Source: Glycera tridactyla (Eukaryota). Taken from it: 64,000 nt of DNA. Made by a program: the position numbers and the translations under genes. The notes under the pieces were generated by a model. It made no database searches and was not told the origin of the DNA. It saw only the letters and a program-made list of their open reading frames with translations. The stretch spans positions 36,456,001 through 36,520,000 of the forward strand of contig OZ286461.1 of NCBI GenBank assembly GCA_965644265.1, written 5' to 3'. Positions 51,669 through 64,000 of the stretch are shown here, in pieces (position 1 is the stretch's first letter; each line of letters starts with the position of its first letter).

Positions 51669-51912
51669 ATCCAAAAATAGTGATGGTGGGCATCATGTAT
51701 TCAAAAATAGTAATGGTGGGCATCATGTATTCGAAAATAGTAATGGTGGGCATCATGTATTCAAAAATAGTAATGGTGGGCATCATGTATCCAAAAATAG
51801 TAATGGTGGGCATCATGTATTCAAAAATAGTAATGGTGGGCATCATGTATTCAAAAATAGTAATGGTGGGCATCATGTATTCAAAAATAGTAATGATGGG
51901 CATCATGTATTC
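51669..51912. repeat. 30-bp minisatellite x8
   Basis: Unit ATTCAAAAATAGTAATGGTGGGCATCATGT; gives spurious IVMVGIMYSK repeat ORFs. Confidence 0.97.
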
Positions 51913-54900
51913 TAATACAACATTCAGATTGGAATTATATCGTTTGCGATTGAGATTCACCTGAAGTTGGCAGTAGCCTGCTGCGAGATAGATCATGCAC
52001 AATGTTGTGTGCCAGCAAGTTTTCCGTGTAGGTATACTGAATAGAGAGTGATGACAGCATGGCATCGCGATGTTACAAAGGATCGCCTATAACCTATTCA
52101 ACTCATCCTGCTGGAAGAGCCATCATGGAGTCTGAAATGGACCAGCACAGGTGTATCAGATAGAGCAAGATGGATTAAGGGTTAGGATGGATTATCTGTG
52201 ATCAAACAGGCCGCTGGGATAGAGTTACCTGTTGGCTAACATAATTTGCATATCGAACTTAATCCACCTAGAACAACACGGATAGAACTGTGCGAACCGA
52301 AAAGCCAACAGACACCTGAAGCAGTTTAGTTCGATTTTGAGGATATATTTCGGTAGGGTGAAGCATGATAATAATAAGTGAGACGAACGGAACTACTTGT
52401 TCATGCTGGCAAATCTTGGCATGGGTACTTCATTTACGAGACCCAAATAGGGGGTGATGATAATGATTTTGATTTAGATTGTCACTTCGGAATGAGTCAA
52501 TTTTTCCCGATTTGTATTATTGTGTCACGTGAGAAAGGTGACCAAGAATGCCTATGTCCAGATATTGACCACAGGTGCCCGAAAATTATATCTACCGGGA
52601 TAATCACTCGAAATGTGATTCCTGTCATTACGTAATGTTTGATTCGAATGAAAGAAAACTTCTGTCACAATCGGTCAATAGGCTTCGTGAACTGCCATAC
52701 TCACGCACTTCGTTCCATGTATTTCTCGAAATTCAAGACTCACCTAAAAAATAAAGATCAGCGTGATGTTAGGACATTTGCCATAGAGAATGAACAGTCA
52801 ATATATCAACAAGAATTTGATACTGTGTCATTTGAGATGCAGGTAATTATTATCTTCATATGCCATCCTTGACAGATTATTGTGGATAGACGGATGGACA
52901 GATGGACGTACAAGGGGGCGGATGAATGGATGGAAGGACAGACAGAAGGATGGATTGATGAACAGATGGATAGACGGGCAGATAGACAGGCGGACGGAGG
53001 AGAGATCAGAGGGGTGGGGTAGAAGAAGATTTAGTGCAGCTCTCATTTGATGTCGGTCTTATTCAAAGGCAGAGGACAGACAGCGAAGCCTTGTTGTTTT
53101 GACAACCACCTCCTGGGCGAGTTATGTCGCAACATGTTCAGACTGGCTGTTCCCTGCTGGTCGCTAAACCTTGCAAGATCTGTGTTCGAGACATTGAAGA
53201 TGTAGGAAAGTGACTGGTGGTATCATCATTATCAAGATCATCATCATGATCATGATGATCATCATCACCATCATCTAATCATCATCACCATCATCATGAT
53301 CATCATCATCATCCTCACGATCACCATCGTCGTCGTCATCTCCATCCTCCTTCGTCCTTGTCGTCGTCATCACTACCACCGCCGCCACCACCACCACCAC
53401 CACCACCACCACCACCACCACCACCACCACCAACCTCCAATGTTAACAATTTGCTAAGTATCTTACAGAATGTTAATACACATATATGCCGGAAGGTGCC
53501 GCTAAAACATCCTTCCTACATAGGATAATATATCACGGATCTCGTGAAGGAAATCGGAAGCTTTATGTTGAGCAGCCCTTGAAGTGCGCACCACAGAGAG
53601 GTTTCCACTTCCTGTGAATCTATAGTAGTACGTGGGAGGACAATACCGGTTCAGCAAGCGGGAGATAGCACCTGAAGTCTCGATAATTCGGAGAAAATAC
53701 TGAACAGCATTAGCTGTATAGGCCGAACTGAAATTCGGCATTTTCAGATTTCAAACCATTGAAGTTCATATGGTGATGCAAAATTTTGGTCTAATCTTCA
53801 GATTGAATCACATTTCACGTGTCACTTTCTGGAACATTCAGACATAGAGCAAGAACACTTCTGAACAATTCATTTCTTTTCTACCCAGTATTCGAAAGAA
53901 TAAAATATATCATTGCAATAATCTGTCCGAACAGTCACATGCTGGAAATATCACAGCAGGCATCGGGCGATACGGAATCGAAATTCCCGAATCACTTCAT
54001 CCCCATTTTACCTGAAACCCTACCAGTGACTCCATCGTGTAATTGCTTCCTGTGAATTACAGATTATACTACTATAGAGAGCGCACACAACTAGCCTTCA
54101 TAGAATATATAGCATTCGAAAATATAATTCTGGAGCTTCAAGGTTCGTCAAGGATTGATGGTCAGCTATCTGATATCATTTTCTGAGAAGGTGTTAATTG
54201 GGTCTCATATATTTGATAGTGTATATGTTGTTCAGGTATTATTCATACTATGCAAGATATTTTGTGTTGCGATATTATCATATTATCATACATGTAGGTG
54301 AGACACTGTGGTTTACAATGTGTGTGGTATCAAATCAGTTCTCTATGGTACTCAGAAGTGGGGATAATCTAGATGTAACGCGGCTGTCTGGCTGTTTCGG
54401 TCATCGACGAAATATTGAAAAGCTTGTATTCCAGCCTGTGATTATGCTTGTGCAGGTGTTTAATCGTCCATTTTTCTAATGCAATTAAACTGGGAGATAA
54501 ATGAATGAGTGGATGACAGATTGGTCATAATTTTTCAGGCATGTGTTGGTGTACTGGATCATTGCAAATGGTATCAAGGGATGATTCGAACACAGTCCTT
54601 CATAATAGCTGCTAACACACTGCATGGAATATAGTTTCATTATATCTGATAGGACATGACAAGTGTGAACTCCGTAATTAATGGAATGTGTGGATCATGT
54701 TGTGTGCACATTTTGGTACACCCATTAAGCTCCAGGATATTCTGGACGACACACTCTGTGGTTGTAATTTCCATTGGTTGAAAAGATGAAAGTGATAGTC
54801 CGATCCTACATGTGGATTACCACCGACTATGTGTCATCTGGCATTCGGCTCCTGCGTAATAACTAACCAAAGACCCTTTTCACTAGTGGTGACACATCAC

Positions 54901-56914
54901 AAAGTGACTCTAATTGGTCTGGATTTATGACTCGCAGTGATCTCACTGAGGACTGAAACTGGCCCTTTAGACATCAGTTAACACCTCATTGCGCCGATGT
55001 TTTAATAGTATTTCATGATCCACTGATCATGAAACCCACAGTTGGTTTACCTCAATATCTGCCTGATCATAACTAAACACATTAATCCCTGCCTTGGAGA
55101 GCTATGGCTGAAAAGGACAGAGTAAAATTATTGTTTATGGTCCGGATACTGAGCGGATTTGTGGCTGATCTATATATCACATTCTGTCTATTCAACGGGA
55201 GTGAGACCTCATCTGACAGCTACCCTGTGTCAGGCGGATGAGAAGCCCCTCCTCCCAGGTCCCAAGTCCCGTTGAATAGACAGTAGGTCGTTTCTACTAA
55301 GTTCCCATGAAATCGATTCCTGTTTTGAACTCGAAATTATACCAGCTTCAAGGGCAAGACACAACAGAATCAATCTCTGAACAAATGCCCTGAATGTATC
55401 ATTGTATACTACCAAACGAGTGAATTTAAGCAGTCAAGAAAAAATCCTGCAATCGCCAGTATTGCTTTCGGGATCAGTGAAGTAATGTCCATGAATGACA
55501 ATATGCACAGAGGCAAATATTCTGAATGATTCATGGCCCCTTTGACACGTGACTTATGAACCCCATCATAAATTCAGACAAGCTATATAGGAACGATCAG
55601 TAGCTCACGGTGCAGGGACTCTGGATTGTTTATTCATACATGTGAGGCGGGCCGTATGCTCACCACATGACGAAGCGCTCACAGAATGCCCTATCATAAT
55701 AAGTATACAAAGTGTGAACAGTGGGCCAACAAGCAGCGTGTTCTAGTCCCTCAGTGTACACGTCTTGAGCACATCTGGTGTTTATCTACACGCCCACTAC
55801 ACACACTGTCTGTATTATCACCCACATATCTCTGCATCTGAAGATTATTTCTCTCCCAGGACCCGTTATTTGCCCACCATGGATGCAGGCTGGTAAAGGC
55901 ACGCCATCATAACAGCTGAATTCTCCCTGATCCTCTCCAGAATTAGCGCACATGGGATATAGGGATCGATATTGTTCAACTCCAGAAACATATGTGGCGC
56001 ATTTCGACTGGGACAGTTCCTAAGTTGAGAACATCAGTTCAAAGTGCAATCTGCATGGAATTGCCAAGAGGCCAGCTGCCTATCCCGTTTTGTGTCTGTC
56101 TACCAGGGTGTCTGCCAGTGTCCGTCTGTTTGCATGTTAGGCTTTGTGTTGGTGTGTCTGTCTGTCTGGCCATCTATNNNNNNNNNNNNNNNNNNNNNNN
56201 NNNNNNNNNNNNNNNNNNNNNNNNNNNNNNNNNNNNNNNNNNNNNNNNNNNNNNNNNNNNNNNNNNNNNNNNNNNNNNNNNNNNNNNNNNNNNNNNNNNN
56301 NNNNNNNNNNNNNNNNNNNNNNNNNNNNNNNNNNNNNNNNNNNNNNNNNNNNNNNNNNNNTTGCCGCGGTACAACGTCCGAGCTATGCCAGTAAATATCC
56401 CCTAAACCTCAGCTATTTTGAGTTCGGTGGACAATCTCATCTCCATCATCTCCTCACCTCACACCCTCCTGCTTGGCATCCTGTCTCCGGTTCCTCAGAT
56501 CAGACGGCTGCCTGTTTGTTATTGGCGATACAAGCGATCCGCTGTTAAAGGGGTTGCGAGAGGGAGAGGCCGATTCGAAACTCATTACTGATGTGAGAGT
56601 AAATAAATAGACATCGGGTGAGTAGGTGCGCGCACAAATAAGTGAGAAATGAAAGCAGCAGCGAACTAAAGTTCATCTTACAAGTGGCTTCATTAACCCT
56701 ATCTGACTGGGAGGAGAAGAATACTGCAGAAAGTATCCGATACTTAGCCGGTACCGAGATAGCATTGACCTGATACCAAATATCCGACGAGGAGGAGGAA
56801 AAAGATGAGGGGAGAAGGAGAAGCAAGAGAAGGAGAGGGGGGATGGAGGGGGTGAAGTAGGGGGAGATGCCGATGACGATGACGACGACGACGACGGCGA
56901 CGACGGCGATGAAA

Positions 56915-56970
<56 letters not shown>

Positions 56971-57649
56971 GCTGATGAAGCTGATGCTGCTGATGACGAT
57001 GATGCTNNNNNNNNNNNNNNNNNNNNNNNNNNNNNNNNNNNNNNNNNNNNNNNNNNNNNNNNNNNNNNNNNNNNNNNNNNNNNNNNNNNNNNNNNNNNNN
57101 NNNNNNNNNNNNNNNNNNNNNNNNNNNNNNNNNNNNNNNNNNGCTAGCGCGACGTTCCCAGGCGGCCTTAACGTCAACGCCCACCTGTTCACGTAGGCTG
57201 ACTCATACACACGTCAGCATGCATGTGCCAGTCAACGCAGAACGTTTCACCGATTCAAGATCAACCCCCTCAGTAGGATTCCCCCCCAAATCTCCATCAG
57301 AGTAGACCATTAACTATGAAGAACTGGCCCCAGGTGAAGAAAGGCTCAGGTAAGAAAGCACAGGTAAGGCGAGACAAGATCGACGGGCAATTAGACCTTA
57401 TTATAACAATAGAGTCACGGTATTACAGTCACTTAATCAGAGAGGCACGCCTCCCGGCCACTGCTCGCCAACACACAGCAACAAATCCGTAATCCACCCA
57501 GAATACAGTAGAGACCACAATTAGATGAAACTCACTTAAATACCTTCATACACAATTACTGACTGTACTCATTACTATTGCTATTGCTATATCTTCTGGA
57601 AAGGGGCCTCAATCATAGTTTGGCAATCATTACTGACGAATGGTCTTCA

Positions 57650-58560
57650 AGGTGAGGTATTGCAAGGATGAAGATTCAGGTATGTCTTCCTGCAGTGCAG
57701 ATGGGGACAATGGAGGCTTTGTATGATGGATCATCTGTCATGGTTGCCCGCTAGAGGCGCTGCAAAATTGAATGAACTGATTTAACCCATTTCTATAACG
57801 ATGGGAGTACGCTGGTTCGAGCATTACTTCCAATGTGACGTTGGATGGCATGGTGTTGGATATTCGAAGACCATGTGGATTATGTAAGTGAAATAGCTGA
57901 GCGATCATTCGTGATTTGCTGATATCTGGAACAGAATATGTATTTTTCTCCAAACTCCTGTGCATCTTTCTGACACTTGTATGCTCCTTATTTTCAGTTC
58001 AGGCATGAACCACTGCAATATGATCATATAGATGCAAATGGGCAGCGCAAATTTCCGAAAGATTCGAGTAACCCTGCACATTTTCGAAAGTCGCATATTT
58101 GTGCAGCAAGTGCCAGATGCATCAGACGTAAACTTCATGAATCAAAAAACATTTCTTGGCGTTCTCGAAAACTAGCATCAATATAAATCCATAGTAAGTC
58201 AGAATATAATGAATCGACATGTTATCATGACAGATGCTTTGTGTGATCAGTTCCGACCGACTCAATGTGCAGCTATCACAAAATGGATACTTTCTTGACA
58301 GATTATCAACGTGCTGTGCTGTCACATAAACGTAGCTCATGTCAAGTAACCACATCTCGCAGTTCTAATCAAAGATCCATTGCGCGAATCAAAAGCAGCC
58401 TTATGACCGAGATTGGCTAACGTGACCTGCATCTGTAAATCATATCTCAGACACCGCGTGAGCAGGCCCAGGTCTTCCCCACTAGCCCCGTAGACTGTTG
58501 CCAATTGCCGCCAATAAGAGAATGCATTCATCACCAGGTCAAGTAGCCAGGCAAACAAGT
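57650..58560 (-). mobile_element. Decayed DIRS/Ngaro-type tyrosine-recombinase retrotransposon remnant
   Basis: Minus-strand order: RT-like PGDECILLL...GP, RNase H-like FTSDASG and ILFQISANH, then a recombinase N-terminal-like segment RYRNGLNQFIQFC and LTLKTIRQ. Many stops and frameshifts. Confidence 0.45.
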
Positions 58561-60002
58561 GCTATATAAAGCCTCGTCCTGGGTTTGTGGCTCCTTCACC
58601 TACGCACTTCTCAAACATGGAAGCTTGATAGAGCACAATCTCGTTACTACTAGAAGGGCTATATTGGGAAGCCCTTTCCATGGACATTACTTTGATTCAT
58701 CATAGTTTCTGGGACCCCAAATGTGCTCTAAATTGTGGATCTTTCCTGTTTCAAAGACGGGAGCAAACCTCGAGAGACAATATACAGCCACTGTGCATCT
58801 TTTAGCTGCATAATTAGACGACCCCTCCTGCACGCTACTCGACCTTTGTTCTCGGGTCATCAGTCCTGGATGTAGAACTTAGTCACCATTCATTGTCACC
58901 TAGGGAAACAACGGGCCGATCCTTCCCCTCTCCCCTAGAATGAAATGATGATATATCGATAGGTGGTGAGAAGCATGTCTCTCCCTCTCATACTCTCAAT
59001 ATCAGATTGGGAAATTGATGCTTATCCGCGGGTCAGTAATAGTGTTATTGTCAGTGGAGTACATAATTTCACATTCCCGATATGCCTTCAAGAATTCATC
59101 AGATGATACCAAATTATATCTCTACTCAGACTTCCAGCCAGCTTGCAATAACTTCTCAATTGCAATATCTCATACAAATTTCGGAAAATCACTTAGTGAA
59201 TGAGAAATACCGTTTTCACGCAATGAATATATTTATCCTTGATCACCAAGTAATATGAAAACTGAAGAGCAGACATGAGCCATACTGGACATGCCTAGAG
59301 ATCCAGGAATGGACGTAGTCATTTCAAATACCTTATCACTCATCATCTTGCTGGCATATGGCCAGACGATGCTTCACGTGTTGTATATATTCGAACACAC
59401 GCCCTGGCTTGCAAGCACGTGCAAGTGGTCAGTACAAATCTGAGCATGGTCCAGCTGTGTTTAGATTCAGGTGGACACGACATCTTTCTATCATATGTGA
59501 TGATGGCGTCGTCTGATAAAATCGCCATCAGCCTCACAAGAACAAATCAACGACAGTGCCATCACAAGCCAAAATGATGACAGCAGTAGCACTATCATAA
59601 TACTATCCCCTCAAATATGTCTCTAATGAAACAATACATTCACCAGTATTCACCACAGAGACCTATTATGTGTCGGGTATACACTCCTATGGAAATAAAG
59701 ATTTTTGAAGCCTTGAAACCTTTGAAGCCTTTTGAGACATCACTGTGAAGTCAGAGGCCAACAACCTATCTAATATATTCATATTGAGCTGTGCGTAGCA
59801 GGTCATCTAGTATAGGTAAAAATGACCACCTGATGACAGGGGTCCTCGAGGATGCTGGCCCTGCTTAAGTGGCTGAAATTGGGTCATTATCACTAATGAC
59901 AAGATTAGCCTTTCGTCCATGATTATAGGCTAGCTAAGGGCGAAATTAGTCAATACAGTTCGCGTTGCACCCGCCTCAGTATGTCTTGAATCAATACTGA
60001 CT

Positions 60003-60133
60003 CAATCCCTCCCACCGAATGTAAAGATCTCTATTAGCTGTTCGGTATATAAAATCGTAGCATCTAATTGTAATATTTCGTTTTAAAATAAAGTTATTTA
60101 CATTTACATTTACATTTACATTAACATTTACAT
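60003..60133 (+). mobile_element. 5'-truncated CR1-group LINE 3' end
   Basis: QSLPPNVKISISCSVYK (cf. WNSLPxxIKxSxSxxxFK), then AATAAA (60087-60092) and a (TTTACA)n tail. Confidence 0.5.
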
Positions 60134-62235
60134 CCATGTGTCTCACTCGGATGTGAACGATTATGTCAGACTGTGCTAGGGACTGGCGAAATGAACATCA
60201 GGCTCTGATTTTATCCACTTGATCTAGGGTCTATTCAATTTGGTGAAGTGACAGAGTCATAGATCTGCAAGAGAGATAATTTGCCATCTCATTCGTGTAA
60301 TTCATTGCAAAGGGGTGGGAGAACTGTTGCTTATCGACCTAGCTGCTCGGGGTCACATGTCTGAAATAATCAGCATAAAAGCCATAGCTCATGCACCCAC
60401 CCCACCCTGTGAGTCTAGCTGACTGTTGCACTCTGCTGTCTCCGCACATGCATGCGGCTCAACCGAGGGCAGAATGGCTCGCCCTAGCAAACCCCAGGGA
60501 GGGCCGGCCGCCTAAACGTGATTAGAAGTGCCGTTCCGAGTGTCATTCCCACATCCAGTTATAGATGGAATACATCAAATGCAAGCACATCAGTGGGCTG
60601 TCACAAAAGATGAGAGAGTCTAATCCATTCAGGGAACGAACTCTAGTGCTTGTTGCCCCATCATCCCTAACAGGGAAATGAGCAGAGGGGGGGGGGGGGG
60701 GGTGCGATTTATGGGACGAAAACCAAATCACGGAATTTCATTCAATCATTTCGTATTTGTATCTGATCAAATCAAAATGGGGGATATTTCAACTATGTGG
60801 ATATCTTTGTGAGTTTGTACAATTCCCAAGTTTCGTTGCGACATAGTGCCATTGCATCAGTTGTTCCCTTTGTGTGAATGACCCGCGGCTACATTTCGCA
60901 TCAGTCGCCTCTCCTTGAGGTCTAGTCCCGCAGGAATACTTGTAGCTATCCCGCTAGTCGCGTCCCCCATACAACGTCCATTTATTCCCAGACTTTAATC
61001 TACTAATAGCCATGGATATGCCAGCCCCCTCCCTCCACAGAGACAAGAGTCGATAATCCATGCCTAATCATCCTCTCTAGCACTTCAAGCATCATCTTCC
61101 GCTCACGTGACCGAGCAAGAGTCATCCTTCTGCTGGCCAATACTAATGACCTCTTGGCATATCCTGCAGAGGCGGACTAATATCACGGGTATTTATGTAA
61201 CGTCGATGAAAACTTAGACATCAAAAATGACCTCATCCTTTTCGCGTTGATGTTCCGGGAATATCAGGCATTCCGAAGATGTCTGTGCTGTGACTTCAAA
61301 AAAGAAAAAGGCCGTTCGTTGTATTTTTAGGAAAAATGTTGTAATATCCAACAGGAACTGACATTCCGAGGTCTAAATGTGTCTATCTGTCGGTAGTTCG
61401 GACATTTAGGCAATGAATGCTTGAATCAATGATTCAGTGCATCAGCCAGTCATTCAATCAGTCCTTCGATCGGTCCGTCCGTCCGTTCATCCTTTCAACC
61501 ATCTGTATTCGTGTACTTGTTTGTCTGTTTGTCTGTGTGTGTATCTGTGTGTCTCCGACCTCAGAGGATAGAGGGCGTCCTCCATGACTAAGAGGCTAAT
61601 AGCCTCCCTCACACAGGCCACTGATGCACTCCTATCGTCGGGCGATCAGGGCCTGCACCAGAGTGTGTGTGCTATGTGTGGTCCCCCCTTCTCTATTCTC
61701 GAGACTGGGAATAGCCACTCACATCACCGCTGGGTGATGCTTGACGCTGGTTGGAGAACTTTGAACTCTCAGGGGGAGTAGTTGACTGCTCCTGAACACC
61801 AGTCAGTCAGTAAACAAACACAAATGCACATGTGCCCGTGTTGGGCTGGGCAGGTTACATGTGATTGCCTATTCACCACTTGTCTAATATCCCATGGTAT
61901 GTTCACTCCAATTGGCTATTATAAAAATTCACATTTTCATGGTTCAACCCCTATTTCCTGAATGTATACAGTGATCTTTCAACTCGAATTAAAATATGTA
62001 CCTATCCACAAAGACCACTAATGGTCACATCAAAAAGTGTACTATGTGGAGAGCTGGAGTTTGTAGAGCGGTCCTTCACTTCATGTATCTACTCTCTGCA
62101 TCGGGCAGGTTTTTTTATTGGTTGGCAGGTCAAATTTCATCTGACCTGCCCATTGTGTCATTCTTATCACACTGTATGGTCAATAACGTTCTCAATCAGA
62201 CAACAGAAAATTGAATTAACCAGTCAACAACCTGC

Positions 62236-62469
62236 TACATTAAAACCTCTCTTGGCAGACCACTCCAAATGCCAATCACAAGCAGTCTTTCATGAGAGGT
62301 GGTCTCTCATTGGAGGCATATTTGACTATGCCAAATAGAAGTGAACCAAGGAAAAGCAGTCTCTCAAAAGAGGGCAGTCTCTCAAATGAAGGATCTCTCA
62401 AACACTAGGTGGCCTTTGTAGGCCGGTGGCCTCTGTGTAGAGTTGGTCTTTCAAGCAAGTTCAACTGTC
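62236..62469. mobile_element. Degenerate MITE related to family C
   Basis: Internal GAGAGGTGGTCT-like repeats and eroded TIR-like ends. A related fragment (CAGAGACCACCTG x2) lies at ~62735-62766. Confidence 0.5.
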
Positions 62470-63163
62470 TTTAGTGACGATGTGGATTGGCCCCTCAAGA
62501 TTTTGTTTTCAGATAAAGATTTTTCGCTGTTAATGTGTTAACATCTATTTCCTGTCTCGTGAACAAGCCCCGGGGAGCCTGAAGATGTACCCCACATGTG
62601 ATGATGTAATCTTTATTAGGGCTAATAAACATATTACGCAGCCCCAATTCATAGTCTTGAACTCATCTTGGCACCTTACCATAAATTCCTATCTAGCTAA
62701 GCATATCTTAGTATGTTGACAGAGGCATCTGCATCAGAGACCACCTGTATTCAGAGACCACCTGCCCACAAAGGCTACTGTTCACCATCCAAGAACCGTT
62801 CCACCACAGAATATGCAATAAGAGCCCCCCTCCCCTCACCACCACATTTTGGAAATCCCTCTATTCATTGACTTGTTCACATTTTCTGATTGGACAGGTG
62901 CATTTTAAATATACCTGCCCATGGGGGATATGTTCTATGTCTTTGCACTCCAGGAGTGGGTCAAAAGGCAGTTGAATTTTTGCCGTGTATTAATGAAAGG
63001 AAGGGTGGGGAGAGATAGTTGTCAAGCTTCTTGAAGCAGGTAGATTTTCCTGGTGGACAGGTTACTTTCAATTATACCCAGCTGTCTGCCGAGCAGGGTA
63101 ATTCAAAATCCACTCTGATTTAAGTCCTTTATAACTTTTTGAGACATGGGAGATGTTCCTATT

Positions 63164-64000
63164 GGGCAGGTAGATTTCAATTTGACCTGCTAGATTGATA
63201 TAATGAAAATGATTCAAAATGATTTACATATGACAATGCAGGTCGAGTTTTGATGAACAGGGCAGTGCAAGAAAACCTCAAAATATCTACCTGTCCAGTG
63301 GGCAGGTGGATTTTAATTTGACCTGCTTGATTGATATACTGAATCGATTAAATATGATTTACATATGACAGTGCAGGTCGAGATTTGATGAATAGGACAG
63401 GGCAAGAAAACCTCAGAATATCTACCTGTCTATTGGGCAGGTGGATTTTAATTTGACCTGCTTGATTGATATATTGGAATTGATTCGAGATGATTCACAT
63501 ATGACACTGCAGATTAAGATTTGATGAATAGGACAGGGCAAGAGAACCTCAAAATATCTACCTGTCCAGTGGGCAGGTAGATTCTAATTCTACCTGCTTG
63601 ACCGATATATTGAAATTGATTCAAGATGATTTACATATGACAGTGCAGGTCGAGATTTGATGAATAGGACAGGGCAAGAAAACCTCAAAATATCTACCTA
63701 TCTAGTGGGCAGGTAGATTCTAATTCTACCTGCTTGATTGATATATTGAAATTGATTCGAGGTGATTTACATATGACACTGCAGATTAAGATTTGATGAA
63801 TAGGACAGGGCAAGAAAACCTCAAAATATCTACCTGTCCAGTGGGCAGGTAGATTCTAATTCTACCTGCTTGACCGATATATTGAAATTGATTCAAGATG
63901 ATTTACATATGACAGTGCAGGTCGAGATTTGATGAATAGGACAGGGCACGAAAACCTCAAAATATCTACCTGTCCAGTGGGCAGGTAGATTCTAATTCTA
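63164..64000. repeat. 136-bp satellite, over 6 copies, running off the window end
   Basis: GGGCAGG anchors at 63164, 63300, 63435, 63571, 63707, 63843 and 63979. Units carry the palindrome ATCTACCTGTCCA-G-TGGGCAGGTAGAT. Confidence 0.97.

Noticed and set aside
46876-57210. Long ORFs spanning N gaps (e.g. 48182-49117) and poly-His/Ile/Met ORFs
   Set aside because: They are artefacts of N runs and microsatellites.
58500-58630. Apparent CCAAT + TATATAAA promoter on the plus strand
   Set aside because: It lies within the minus-strand DIRS-like remnant and is followed only by ATG-GAA-GCT-TGA; likely coincidental.

Overview
Eukaryotic (animal) genomic DNA, rich in microsatellites, with five N gaps. 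A bilaterian invertebrate is likely, but that is inferred from composition and gene content only. One host gene is securely identifiable: the last two coding exons of a heparan sulfate 3-O-sulfotransferase (HS3ST, minus strand, 27516-27351 and 26732-26280). Its 5' coding exon is not visible, so 27.5-64 kb is probably one very long intron. The most striking structure is a ~10.3-kb non-LTR retrotransposon-like unit at ~2.8-13.1 kb. It starts with an intact 1239-aa ORF1 that joins an L1-type coiled-coil/RRM/CTD module to a C-terminal SGNH esterase with an intact triad. A 3.3-kb spacer follows, holding eight same-orientation copies of a fixed-spacing ~39-bp bipartite motif (CTCF-like right half) plus nested duplications. 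A short uORF then overlaps the ORF2 start (ATGA), and a CR1-group APE-RT ORF2 follows, with one late deletion/frameshift and an AATAAA-(CAAT)n tail. The rest holds MITEs, decayed piggyBac-, DIRS- and LINE-like remnants, minisatellites, a 136-bp palindrome-bearing satellite and a candidate intronic promoter. No rRNA, functional tRNA or CRISPR array is supported.
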